A stretch of DNA of 39,470 nucleotides, taken from the NCBI RefSeq assembly GCF_004010195.1, contig NC_057718.1, forward strand, positions 29,212,355 to 29,251,824, read 5' to 3'. Under the pieces are notes generated by a model. The model made no database searches. It saw only the letters and a list, made by a program, of their open reading frames with translations, and was not told the origin of the DNA. Positions 12,985 to 25,272 of this stretch are shown here, one piece after another. The translations under genes and the position numbers were made by a program. The DNA comes from Chiloscyllium plagiosum. Taxonomy: Eukaryota. Numbering within the stretch: the first letter of the stretch is position 1; every line of letters starts with the position of its first letter.

Positions 12985-13551
12985 GGGAGATCCAAGATGG
13001 TGGTGATCCTGTAGGTCTGCCTTGCTGAGCACTGCACCAGAACCCAGACACAATCAGCACTCACCCTCCCTTTCTCACCCATTGTGGTAAATATCGGTAG
13101 TTTTGGATCCCCAAAAGTGCCTTATATTAGTTTAATTGATTAAGAAAAATGACTCCGGGAAAAGGAGAACGAGGATTGCACCAAGCAGGGCACTCCCCTG
13201 CAGCAGCGCACATGCCCATGGCTGCAGCATTGGCCTCAGCGAACGCCCCAGAGGACTTAGCTGTGGAGCAGAGCCTGGTCTCGGAGTTGATGATACTCTG
13301 AGAGAAGATCAATTCAGTGATGGAGGAGATCTGGACCAGGCTGGAACCGATCTCGGTCACGCTGCAGAAGAATTGTAGTTTACATAGGATTTTTTTCTCT
13401 TTATTCTTTTTTTTCTTCTAAATTGTTTGTGGAGTAGGGCAGTAGTTTGTTTACTGTTATTGTTGTTATATTATGATTGCTTTTTTTTTGTAGTAATTTT
13501 CTAATTTTAAAAAAATTAAAAATCTTTTTCTCAATAAAAATATTTACAAAA
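12985..13551 (+). mobile_element. Internally deleted L1-type element (5' UTR and ORF1 start joined to 3' UTR/poly-A)
   Basis: Starts gggagatccaagatgg. ATG at 13149 gives MTPGKG..QAG..SLVSE..LQK, homologous to the ORF1 at 36810. AATAAA and A-tail present. 15-bp TSD aaatggcaaaaatac at 12970-12984 and 13552-13566. Confidence 0.85.
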
Positions 13552-14907
13552 AAATGGCAAAAATACTACTGAAAAAATAAGGATTTTTTTTGTTAGAGTT
13601 ATAATGATTTGGAATATACCAACTAAAAGTATGATGGCAGCAAAATCAATAACAACTTTCAAGGAAAAGCTTACTGAGCTATCGGATTAAGTTTTAAGGC
13701 ACAATGGGCTGAATGACCTCCTTTTACACCCCATACTGAAAACAGAGCCATTCCACACAAAGGCAGAAACATCATATTGTAACATTCTAAACACTGGAAG
13801 ATTCCACAATATAAATGTATATCACATGCATTGATGGATATTTAGTAGTTCCTGCTAATAACCTAACCTTTGCTTAACATGCTATAAAACAAAAGCCTTG
13901 CAAATCCACAGCATTACAAGATTAAACACCTTGCATTAATTTCCTTTGTTTTAGCGCACTGTGCACTAACAATATTGTATTCACCCGCAGTCACTTTATC
14001 AATAACATATGACATTTTGCATCGGCTGCACTTTTCTTTAATCAATGAACGATCCTAAAAAAGGCAAGTGACTAATATTTAAAGATAGTCACTAATGATT
14101 GCAATGATTTTCTTCTTCTGATCAGATCAATTGAAATTGATTTTCTTGAAAAAGAAATCCAGACATGAAACAGGAGTTGCTCCATAATCAAACTAAAATA
14201 AACTAGCATCAATCTGACTTAAACACATTGAATCCAGGCAGCAAGCATTTGCTAAACATCTGTCCTCCAATGGAGAAACAAAATTGATTTCTACTTTAGC
14301 AAGTTAAATGTGTGATGGTAAATTGTGTATAGAATTACTGCTGAAAAAAGCCATTTGACTCAATGGGTCTATACCAGTGTTCATCTTCAACACAACTTGC
14401 AGGTCTCATTTCACCTAATCCTACCTGCATATCCTTTTTTTCCTTTCTTCTGCACGGACTAATGAAACTTCCCCTGAATACAACTTCCATTACAACTATT
14501 AATAAATATCTTGTTGTTATGACACAGGGATCGTAAGCCAAATCAAATCAACCTCATATCACTCAACACAGTGAAATTCAAACATTTATTTAAAACAATT
14601 AAAACTTATCTCTATACATTCTTAAATTTTCCACATTTGAGATAAAGCATCAGCAATTACATTTTCTTTACCTGAAATATATTCAATTTTTATATTAAAA
14701 GGTTGTAATAACAAGCACCATCCAAACAATCTCAGAGTTTTAGTCTTAAATCTCCCAATAAAAGTTAACAGATTACAATCAGTAAAAAAAGTCTCATAGT
14801 TCTCATGTCAAACAAAAACTGTAAAATGTTGAGAACTGCAAGTCCTGACAATTCCCTTTTTCCTCAGTGGAATATCTTGCCTGATGTTGAATGAACTTCT
14901 TGGAAAA

Positions 14908-15136
14908 ATAAAAGCAGAAGTTACTGGAAAAGCTCAGCAGGTCTGGCAACATCTATGCAGAGAAATCAGAGTTCATGTTTCAGGTCTAGTGACCCTTCCT
15001 CAAAAAGTTCTAAGGAAGGGTCACTGGACCCAAAACGTTAACTCCGATTTCTCTTCAGACATATTGCCAGACCTGCTGAGTGCTTCCAGCAACTTCTGTT
15101 TTTGTTTCTGATTTACAGCATCTGCAGTTCTTTCGG
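14908..15136. mobile_element. Fold-back (palindromic) PLE-derived insertion
   Basis: ~95-bp inverted arms centred near 15005; same family as 10200-10320; imperfect TSD ttctt(g/c)gaaaa at 14897-14907 and 15137-15147. Confidence 0.8.
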
Positions 15137-15309
15137 TTCTTCGAAAAGTAACCCACTGGCTTCATCACTCCAACCTTGTCACCCTTTAAGAGAACTACTC
15201 CAATCACCAAATCACTAGCATTTACTGCTCATTTAAGTGGTTTGTTAAAGTTAGGTGTCGTTACCATAGTTCATTTCTTAAGATTGCTTTTAGCTTCTCA
15301 AAGACTGCC

Positions 15310-15485
15310 TGTATTCTGCACCTGCTCCAGTGCGATCACATCCTTCCTATCGTGTGATGACCAGAACTGCACACAGTACTCCAGCTATGGCCGAACCAAA
15401 GCTGTGAACAGCTCCCTGCTCTCATAATCTATGCCACGACTGACAAAGGCAAGTGTCCCAAAAATCTTCTTAACCATCTTATTAC
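15310..15485 (-). mobile_element. CR1 ORF2 fragment
   Basis: Minus strand encodes LVRP*LEYCVQFWS. Confidence 0.75.
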
Positions 15486-15499
15486 TCTTGTCTTGTCAC

Positions 15500-15950
15500 T
15501 TCTTCCACTTTTCAGGTTACAATTCATAAGGATGGTGTGGTCATCCCTCCTACCAATAACTTTGTGGATAGATAGATCTATTAGTGAAGACAAGGTTCAG
15601 TAGATTTTCAGACTTTTAGTTCACTCACTAACAGTCCAGCAGTTATGCCCTTTAGGACTAGGCTACCTCCATCAGTAGTGATGCTACTATGCCATTCTTC
15701 ATGATGGACATCAAAATTACACCACCCAGAGTACATTTCAAGCCATGTTCAATGCTTTCTCCGAGTGGTGTTCAACATGCAGGAGTATTAATCCATCAGC
15801 CAAGTGGAGGTGATGCATGATAATCAGTATGAGGTTTCTTTGCCAGTGTCTGATCTGTTGGCATGACACTTCATGAAGTCAGGAGTCCATATTGAGGGCT
15901 CCCAGGGCTACTCCTTGCTGATTGGACACCACTCTGTTACCACCTGTGGG
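15500..15950 (-). mobile_element. LINE APE-endonuclease fragment, same family as 35060-36525
   Basis: Reverse complement aligns by eye with ~35640-36080 (catgaagt.tcatg, gctgatg..t..tactcc, tgttgaaca.cact, atgtccatca). Confidence 0.65.
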
Positions 15951-16284
15951 ATGCGAACTGTGGTATTTGGTGACTATGGTATTTGGTGGTATTTTCGATT
16001 TTTCCTTTCCTTCAAACTTTGAATTTCTTTTTCCCTACTCTGCCTGATCCATTCGAGGAACGAATTCCACAAATACTTTGGATTCCTTCAGTGCTTCACT
16101 TATAATTGATACAAAAATCTATTGAACAACTGAAGGCTATTCAATCATGAGCAAGATAGCAGGCCATCACATCCAATGGTCAATATTTTCCACGATCCCA
16201 ATATTCACAGACTTTCCAGGAGGAGCAAAGTGATAGCAACAGATGATTGTTAAAGATATTTATAATCTGTCATGAGAAGTTTAT

Positions 16285-16365
16285 CTCGCATCTCTGGAAC
16301 AGGTGGGGCTTGAACCCAGGACATCTGGCCCATAAATAGGGACTCAACCACTGCACCAAAAACAC
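16285..16365 (-). mobile_element. tRNA-derived SINE head
   Basis: A box tggtgcagtgg and B box ggttcaagcc on the minus strand. Confidence 0.65.
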
Positions 16366-16614
16366 CTTAACAGACAGTTATAGCTCTACTCCACTTAATT
16401 AAGCTAATTTAGCAGAGTTTCTACAGAGCCAGTACATGTTTCATCATAGGAGAAAGAGTTGTAGTTTCATGGCATTTTTTAATGGGAAAGAAAAAAGGCT
16501 TTCTATCAAAAATGCAGTGGAGTTTTCCAGATACTTCAGTTGATAAATCTATGACCAAGGGCATGAAAAATTTATGATTCATCAAAAAGAAATAGAATTT
16601 TTATTCTTACTTAC

Positions 16615-16678
16615 CATTGACTCACTGATACGAAGAAGTAGGAGTGCTTCTTCAACAATGTCCTCTGGGCAGAAGAGA
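16615..16678 (-). CDS. TTC7A: TTC7A internal exon (64 bp; equivalent to human exon 8)
   Basis: Acceptor tgtttttctcag, donor gtaagt. Translates (N)LFCPEDIVEEALLLLRISESM; human TTC7A has [22 protein letters not shown]. Confidence 0.9.
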
Positions 16679-17119
16679 CTGAGAAAAACAAATAACGTAC
16701 TGAATTAGGCAAAGTACACACTTCTTGATTTCTTTCATTCATTGTTAGAACAAGGCCAGTAACTAAAGAGACAATGTATGATTCATCAATGATAAAAAAA
16801 ATCCTTTGAAAATGGCATAAACACTTAATTCTGTGCCTTTCAATTAGCATGCTGTGAAGCATCTTTACATTTAATCTCTGATACATCAGTACACAATTGA
16901 TGATGATTAAAACATACAGGCATTCAAGGGGTCAATGGATAAGTGCACCATGTGGTGTGGTATTGATTTGTATAGACCAAGATAGCTCCAAGTTTAAATG
17001 CCGGTCTGTGCAAAGTTAGTTGATCTAAGCTACAGTAGGATGGGGGTACTTAGCTAAGTCTCAACGTCCTTGGGCTGAGAAGGGATTTTTGTTCAGGATC
17101 CAGGAACAACTGCTGGAAA

Positions 17120-17757
17120 CTCAGAGATGCCTTTGATGTATGGTAGTGACATACCATCTCGTGGATGACTACCAGAATACTCTGACCCCTTGGCATCATG
17201 GTAGCCCACAAATATATAACACACTGAAACAGCTACTGATAAACCTAAAAAGGTCCTGTACCAACAACCAGCAAAACAAACATTGTATGCAAAATACCCT
17301 GCAACAAATGCTATATTCAACAGACAGGCAGGAAACAAGCCACCAGGATACATGAGCACAAACTAGCCACCAAAAGACATGACCCACTATCACTAGTGTT
17401 GTTACACACAGATGAAGAAGGACACCACTTCGACTGGGACAACACATCCATCCTAGGACGGGTTAAACAGAGACACACATGGGAATTCCTAGAGGTCTGG
17501 CATTGATACCGGAACTCCATCAATAAACACATCGATTTGGACCCCATTTACCAACCTCGGAGAGAAAGATCCAGAAATGATATCACCCACCTTAACAGAC
17601 TAAGACAAAGTGGGTCAGAACACCAGCACTTCAGTGAAGGCTCACTGTTGATGTTATCTAACATGGTGATGAAACATCGGAGAACAAACCTACCAGCTCA
17701 GTGAGCAAACTTACAATCTTAACCTCAACCTGAGCTACAAATCTCCTCAAATATTGC
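17120..17757 (+). mobile_element. Penelope-like element (GIY-YIG region and terminal repeat) with short 5' inversion
   Basis: KIPCNKC, YIQQTGRK, RIHEHKLATKRHDPL, HHFDWDNT, NSINKHIDLDP; degenerate hammerhead core at ~17645-17678; same family as 3541-4176. Confidence 0.85.
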
Positions 17758-19277
17758 AATATCTGGATGAGTGCTTCAAATATCATAACATTCAAAATAT
17801 GGGTCAAGTTTAGGAAATTGGGATTAGCGCACTTTTAGTAGTAGTTATGTCAGTATAAACTCAATGGGCCAAAAGGACTTTTCTGCACTGTATGCATCTA
17901 TGAGTATTTGATACAGCATTACTAATTGAGGCAAAACAAAATCCTGAATTAAATAAATTACCTCAGTATGAGCTGACTGTGCTAGAGGTCAATGGAGTTC
18001 TGGAATGTTGTTATCTTAAGAACAGAGTGCTGATGAGGAGATAAAGACCCCTCATAGAACCACAAAAGAAAAACGAGCAGTCATTCACCAGGTAGTGGTA
18101 CCGCCCATTTCTTGTCAGAAGATATTGTGAGTAGCACATGAAATTAAAAAAACTCAGGTTTCCGTAAATGCGTATTTTATTGGCCAAAACTGCATACAGA
18201 TGTTATGCAGTTTTGTAAACATGCCATAGTCATCAAGTTATAGGTAATTAAACCAGCAACCCCAATTCTAATACTGTCTTCTGACGAAACATTCAATCAT
18301 GTACCAGTAGGCTATATAGGACCATAACTAAACAAAAGCTGGACATGAATGTATTCTTACAAGTATGGATATGACTACTCAATTTCCAGAGGCTATTTCC
18401 TGAAGGAAAATCAGAGCTAAGGTGTTATGAAAGAAGTAACACATTTTCACTTGCTGATGATCTAACTATGGATTAAGAGTCAGATTAAGAGTCAAGCTTT
18501 ACGTCAAAACCTTTCAAGGATATTGCCAGTAGTTTGGTGAATAAATAACTGAAATCAACTGCATACCATCCACACACCCAAGGTACTTTAGAGAGGTTTC
18601 ACAAAGGCGATTGCTAGGAGTGCCCATAGGACTAGGATAAAGGTTTACATTTTCTCCTTTTTGCAACCAGAGATTCTCAAAATGAATCCACTGACTAAAG
18701 TCTATTTGAATAAGTTATAGACATAGAATTATGAAAACCATTGAAACTGCTCAGGGATAAATTGTTAAGTTTGAAAAATTAATCTTCAATGTTACAGAAT
18801 GTATTCACATTTCTCAGAAGGTTGACAAAGCGTGTAGAGTTGCACAATAACATCTGAAAACTTCACAAAAACAAAATGAAACAATGGGCAAATAAACATG
18901 CGACAACTAGAAATTTCGGAGCAGGAGATGAAGTTGTAATATTGTTGCCAATACAAGGTGAGCCATTAAAAGCAAAGTTGAGTGGTCCCTACAAAATATG
19001 TTAAAAGGCTAGGAAGGAGACATATCTAATTGGAAGAATGGAAGATAAAAGAAAGAAGGATGAGAGCAAAGGAGAAATGGCCAATTCCCAAAGCAAACTT
19101 CCTGGTATTGGATTAACACATTTGGAGGTATTAGAGAATTTAGACACTGTACTTTTGTACCTGGAGAAAGAGCAAGAGGGAGGTACAGTGAGATTGCTCA
19201 GGAGATACAAATATACACTTGGGTAAATCACATTAACCAAGCATGATGACGACGTAGGCAATCAAAACTCGATAAAA

Positions 19278-19379
19278 CAATCTGTTTCTCCACATCTCTG
19301 CTGCTATTGGGGGGCCTATAGTAAACACCCAACAAGGTGACTGCACCTTTCCTATTTCTGACTTCAGCCCATACTACCT
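19278..19379 (-). mobile_element. Internal CR1 endonuclease fragment inserted in the Gypsy element
   Basis: Encodes EVVWAEVRNRKGAVTLLGVYYRPPNSSRDVEKQ; flanked by a 41-bp duplication. Confidence 0.8.
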
Positions 19380-20007
19380 CCAAGCATGGTGATGACATAG
19401 GCAATCAAAACTCGATAAAATAAAACCCATATCGGTTAAGCGCAGAGAAACAGTCCAAATAACAAAGAAAATTCAATACATGTTGGAGAATCAATTTATC
19501 TAACCAAGCCAGTGGAGTTTTCCAGTAGAATTTGTTCCTAAGTCAGATGGTTCAACTAGATTATGTGTAGGAAAATGAATGCAATCACAAAGATGTGTTG
19601 TACCATATTCCCAAACTAGAAAATTGTACTGATAGGCTTGGTAATGTGTCACTCTGATTTTAAATTGATTTGTTAAAAAAATATTGACAGAGCCCACTCA
19701 CAAGAAGGGCTAAAGAAATTTCTGTTTTTGTCACACCTAATGGATTGTAGCAATGTTGGTTATGCCATTTGGATTTCAATATTCCCCAGACACATCTTAA
19801 TGATTAACAAACAAAGTTACAGTCAAAATTCCTAATTGTATAGTTTACTTAGATGATATCATAGTATATGGATCCAACATATATAACAGTTAGAAACCTT
19901 GTTTAAACAATTATAGTCAGCCAGGTTGGTATTAAATCTTGCAAAATGAGAATTTACAAAAGCTTAAATGACATATTTGGGACATAATGAATGCCAAGGA
20001 CAAACTT

Positions 20008-20330
20008 TCTTTTATTCACTGGATGTAGGCAACACTGGCTGGACTAATGGTTATTGCCCATCCCTAATTGTCTAGAGGGCAGTTAAGAGTCAAAAGATTT
20101 CTGTGGGTCTGGAGTCACATGTAGGCCAGACCAGGGAAGGATGGCAGATTTCCTTTCCGAAAGAACATTAGTGAATTAGGTGAGTTTTTCCTTTGACAAT
20201 CAGCAATTTTCATCATTAGATTCTTAGTTCTAGATTTCATTGAATTCAAATTCCACCACCTGCCATGGCAGGATTGAAACACAGGTCCCCAGAACATCAG
20301 TCCAGCAGTAATATTACTAGCTCATCACTT
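20008..20330 (-). mobile_element. tRNA-headed bipartite SINE nested in the Gypsy element
   Basis: Body matches 35060-35350 (ggtggaatttgaat..ggcctacatgt.actccagac); tail matches the LINE 3' end at 10393-10470. Confidence 0.8.
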
Positions 20331-21101
20331 ACCCAGAACAGCAACAATAAGAGCCTTGATTGATTTCCTCACCCCCAAAACAAAACATAATAGAATGAAG
20401 TTTTTGGGAAAGTATGAATTTTATTGGATAGTTGTACCTAATTTTTAGTGCAATAGCTATAACTATAGCTAACTTGCTACACTAACAGACAAAGATAGTA
20501 TAGTCAACAGAGTGTCAGGCAGCCTTTGAAAAGCTGAAAACAATATTAATGAATGAACCTGTATAAACTGCACCTCACCTCAATAAACCATTTAAGTTTG
20601 CGATAAACATGAACAATTTTGGGATTGAAACAGTTCTCCTACAGGAGATCATGGTCAAGATGGAAAAACCAGTGGGTTATTTTCCAAGAAATTGAATCAA
20701 TATCAGAAAAGATATTCCACTATGGAAAAGGAGGCATTGGCAGTTTTGGGAGCTCTTCAACACTTTATGTTCAACATGGAAATGATGGTTTTAACTGATC
20801 ATATTCCGTTAACTTTTATTGAGAGATTTAAGATTAAAACTCCAAGATTGTTTAGACCAGGTTTATTGTTGCAAACATTTAAGGTGAAAATTGTACACAT
20901 TTCTGGGAAAGAAAATGTACCTGCTGATGCTTTATCTCGAATGTAAATTGTGTCAAACGTAAGAATGTAACCAAGAAAGAAGCTGGTGGGAGAAGAATTG
21001 ACTAGTTGTGAGTTTTGTGACGATTTCATCGTTTAAATTGTTACAACCTTGTCATAAATACATTTCTGAAATAGCATTTCGATCTTTTGAGGTGGGAGGC
21101 A

Positions 21102-21800
21102 TGTTGAGACATTGAGACATAAATAATTTTCTATTTTCTTTTCTCATTTTTGGTAGGGGCCATGGGCTGAGAATTGAAGGTGATATTTGGACTGTGAGCA
21201 GCAGCTTGTTTTTAAAAAATTGGGAAGAACAAACAAACTGGTATTTATTAATGAGACCTGGCCTGGGAGTCAATTGCTGGTTGATTATTGTTCAAAGAAC
21301 ACTGTATAAGTTTCAGCTCAAAGGCTGGTGAATGTCTGGATGTTAAAAGGGGCCATGTTAGGGAGGTTGGTACTGACTAACAAAGAGAATGTTGGACAAA
21401 ACAGAAATAGGAACCAAAGTTTGAACTGTGTTTTAGATAGAAAGGCTATGTCAGTGAAAGCTGCTGGAAGGGAGTTTTGGTTGCTCTCTAGGTACCCTCC
21501 AGTTATACTTATTGAAAGCTTGGAGCATAGAATCTCAGTTGTGAGAAATAAATGAAGCCAACTAGAAGATGTTTATAAGAGTGTGGGGTTGTTTTTAAGA
21601 AGCTTGGGATAAAATCATAGACATTAATTAAATTATCTTGCTGTTGCTCTGCTGAAGTTACAACATTAATAAATTGTTAATTTTTGTTTGAGCTACAAAG
21701 CTGGTCTCTGATATCTGTTATCCTTAAAGTCTGGTTAGGAACCACTGGTGAAATTTTGAGGTTCATTGAGTGTTTTAGTTTTACTGTGTTGTGAACACAA
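21102..21800 (+). repeat. Probable 3' LTR of the Gypsy element
   Basis: Follows purine tract gaggtgggaggca, starts TGTT, AATAAA near 21667. Right end uncertain (a possible AACA end at 21847 overlaps a SINE-tail-like sequence). Confidence 0.6.
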
Positions 21801-22590
21801 AGATAGGGAGGCTGATTTGATTTGGCTTGCTGTCTCATATCATAACACTGTGCTTCAAAAATATTTCATTGGCCAGAAAATATTTTGGAATATCCAGTGG
21901 TCCATGCAAGTGAAAATCTTACTTCTTAAAAGAAAACATAAAGGTCTCTTTGACCAAGATCTACTACTTAACCAAACAACCTTCCTTCACAGAAGTCTAG
22001 GAAATGCAGGTTGGTGAATTGTTAGAATGAATTAATTCAGTCTTGGCTGAGATCAGTTAGATCAGCAGAGATTAGGGACTGAACCTGATGTCTTCTCACT
22101 CTGCAGCTTTGTGCTACATCTCAATCACAGTGAGAGCATTATTCACAGATCAAAGCCACACCTTCTGCTGCAGTAGGCAATGCGATATTTCTCAATAGCG
22201 TAGGATTGTCATCTCCTTCAAGCAGAATTTCAATTCATTATTGAAAGAAATGGAAAAATGAAACAGCAAAACAATGGGAGCAAATATGCTGTTTGTTTGC
22301 TGCATGCTCAGCAACTTGTTCAGAGTAACGAACTAGTCTGTTGTACGTTAATTTTGTTTACATGTGCATAAGGAAGACTACAACATGGCTTTGTAAAAAA
22401 ATTGCAGTTTTATTTTATATGGGTGCATTTTGTGGGAGGATATAAATGGGAAGTGAATTTTATTTCACCAAACTAACGGTGAATGAAATCAGCTTATCAT
22501 TCTTTTCATGGGAATGATAAGCACTTTCCTTACAGCTCCATATAATTTGGGAATGAATAATAAACAATATGCATAAGTAAAGACACATAC

Positions 22591-22751
22591 TTGTCTCCTT
22601 GATACAGTTGAGGACCAGTGGTTAGTGTGATCTGAAAAGGGTCACTTTTCTCATTTTTGAGCAGATCAGGAGGTGGCTCTGAAAATGGATTCCAATAACT
22701 GTCCTCACACAGGTTTCGTAGAAGTACCTCAGCCAGTTGTTTGGCTATTGT
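22591..22751 (-). CDS. TTC7A: TTC7A internal exon (161 bp; equivalent to human exon 7)
   Basis: Acceptor tcttcactcccag, donor gtatgt. Translates TIAKQLAEVLLRNLCEDSYWNPFSEPPPDLLKNEKSDPFQITLTTGPQLYQGD+AA; the phase-2 end joins the next exon as AAT (Asn). Confidence 0.88.
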
Positions 22752-23199
22752 CTGGGAGTGAAGACAACAGAGTTGATTAGAATATAACCACAACTCATTT
22801 TTCAATATAAAGCATCAAAACATATCTTAATAAAAGTATTTAGTATGGGATGGATGTGTGTTTCTGTGGTACTGTGACCATCACAACAACATCTGTGAAA
22901 GCAAACAAGTCAGACTTAAGTAATGAAGCTCTAGAATTTCATTCAACTATTTTGTGGATCAGGAAAGAAATCCTACAAACTTGATTCATAAATGCAAGTT
23001 TATGGATAATGCCTTTGATATGCAAGAGTAGCTTGGATATATAAAATAACTTGCATAATTCCTTGACATTTTATGTTCTTATATCAATTTTAAAATGGTA
23101 GCAATGTTCAGATACTCTCACCCTCAAAAGTACACTGAAAACTTTACAGTTCAGAGCTTGCACAGTAGTAGTACTTTCAACCCAGTCAGGTGGTTATAC

Positions 23200-23540
23200 T
23201 TTAGCCATACGAGAGATTTGTGTGCATCTTGTAGAGCATACAGAATGAATGTAAGGCTGTCTTTGAGTGAGAGATTAAGCCAGCCCACCCATGTTATTTC
23301 AGATGGATTAAAAGAGGAATAAGAATTCTTGTTCAGTGTTCCGTCAACATTTAATACTCGACTAACATTATTATAAGAGATAAACTAGTCATTTTTCTCT
23401 CTGCTCATTCTGGGTATTGCTGTGTACAAATGTACTTTGTCCCTATTTTACAACATGGTGACCACACTTCAAATGTACTTTGAAAGGTTTTAGGAGTCCT
23501 GAGACCATGCTAGATGCTCTACAAATACATTTCTCCTTTT
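23200..23540 (+). mobile_element. Old Deu-domain SINE
   Basis: gctgtctttgagtgagagattaagcc..tgctgtgtacaaat..acaacatggtgaccacacttcaaa; highly diverged. Confidence 0.45.
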
Positions 23541-23561
23541 ACAATGGAATGAACTAACATT

Positions 23562-24135
23562 CATGAAAGCATAACTGAAGAAATAAGAGCAGGAGTAGGC
23601 CGTCTGACCCAATGTGTCTGCTCCGCCATCCAATAAGATCATGTTTGATCTTCTCGTGGACTCGCCTCCACTTACCTGCCCACTCACCATAACCTTCAAT
23701 TCCTTGACTTTTCAACAATTTACCTTTGCTTTAAAAACATTCAATAAGGTAGCCTCAACTGCTTCACTGGGCAGGGAATTCCACAGATTTACAACCCTTT
23801 GGGTGAAAAAGTTTCTCCATAACTCAGTCCTAAATCTGCTCCTGCCTATTTTGTGGTTATGTCCCCTGGTTCCAGTTTCACCTGCCAGTAGAAACGATCT
23901 CCCTGCTTCTATTTTAACTATTCCCTTAATAATTTTATATGTATCTCTAAGATTCCCCTCATTCTTCTAAATTCCAATGAGTATAGTCCCAGTCCACACA
24001 ATTTGTCTTCAGAAGCCAAACCTCTCAATTCTGGAATCAACCTAGTGAACCTCCCCTGCACCCCTCCATTGCCAATACATCCTTTCTCAGGCAAGGAGAT
24101 CAAATCACACACAGTAACTAGTGGTGGCATGAACA
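23562..24135 (-). mobile_element. CR1 LINE 3' fragment
   Basis: VQGRFTRLIP..LGLYSLEFRRMRG, FFTQRVVNLWNSLP, followed by 3' UTR. Confidence 0.85.
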
Positions 24136-24174
24136 CTTCCAATTTGATATTATGAAGAGTTTTCCAACAATTTC

Positions 24175-24490
24175 AGAGAATCGTAGAATGCCTACAGTGC
24201 AGAAAGAGGCCATTGAGCCACTGAGTCTGCACCAACCTTCCAAAGAGCATCCCACCCAGACGCAACCACTGATCCTACCCTCTAACCCCGCATTTACCAT
24301 GGGTGATTCACCTGGCCTGCATATCCCTGGACACTACTGGGCAATTTTGTATGGTCAATCCACATAATCTGCACATCTTTAGATTGTGGGAAGAAATGGA
24401 GCTACCTAGCAAACACCCAGGCAGACACAGAGAACGTGCAAACTCTACACAGACAGTCGCCCAAGGCTGGAATTAAACCTGGGTCTCTGT
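24175..24490 (-). mobile_element. HE1-like V-SINE
   Basis: gacccaggtttaattcc B box; V domain ctgtctgtgtagagtttgcacgttctc..cccacaatctaaagatgtgcag; CR1-like tail. Confidence 0.85.
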
Positions 24491-25272
24491 TTCATACAGG
24501 ATTCTGGAGATAACAATTGGTAAAACAGTACTTGCAAGGGAAAATTGAATCACGTCCTTGAAAATAATCAAATAAAGTTTCAATGCTGACTCAACTGAAA
24601 ATTAAAAATTACAATACAAAGAAATAAATGATTTGGCATATAAGTCAAAAACCCTCCAAAAACTGAAATCAACTTCAACATTCCCTCTAAACTGTGGAAG
24701 TGCAGCCAATCCAAGGTTCCACGCATGCTGACCACCATGCCTCTGCATTAATTTCCGGTTTCAGACCACTGCTGCACATAGATCTCAGGAGGTCTGAGCA
24801 CCAAAATAAATATTAGAGAGAATATTGGTCAACTTATATGCCAAGTATAAAAGTAAACTGGAGGGGAGAGTGTGGCCCATCACTATTTTGAAATGTCATC
24901 AATATCTGATACAAAAAGTGGGGTCTTAAACTCACATGCACCTTCGCAGCACAGCCAATTTGAACTGCTTGATCCTTTCTGTACAGTTAGAAGGTACTGG
25001 AAAATTGAAGCTGACTACAAATGACAGAATAGCATGTCATGGCAAAAAGAGTACCAAATTATCTGCAAAAGTATGACTTTTGTCAGGAAAATGGGTAATT
25101 TGACATGCCAGATTCACCCATAATCCATAGTTTTCAGTAATAACAGAAGAGATTAAGGAACATCTTATTGCAATGATAGAATATTTACTTCAAATAGCAA
25201 CTCATCTGCACAAGTGGAGCCCTTTACATTTGCTTTGCACTGAATTTTAATTTCTATTCTTAACTATTTCAT

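Larger units (their letters stand above)
17930..21100 (+). mobile_element. Degenerate Gypsy LTR retrotransposon internal region, integrase-RT-RNaseH order (Gmr1-like)
   Basis: Integrase ~18090-19000 (AHE..YWPKL..CH zinc finger, MDMTTQFPEAI, STAYHPHTQGTLERFH, LSGPY). RT ~19420-20000 (VPKSDGSTRLCV, VMPFG, VYLDDIIVY). RNaseH 20690-20946 (YSTMEKEALA, TDHIPL, NVPADALSR). Many stops and frameshifts. Confidence 0.88.

Noticed and set aside
14908..15136. MITE or pre-miRNA interpretation of the hairpin
   Set aside because: The arms are asymmetric, the TSD is long, and the sequence matches the PLE 3' end at 10200-10320.
16285..16365. Functional tRNA gene
   Set aside because: A and B boxes are present but no convincing cloverleaf; it is a repeated SINE head.
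22530..22805. 91-aa ORF as a standalone gene
   Set aside because: Only 22591-22751 is a TTC7 exon; the rest is intron read-through.
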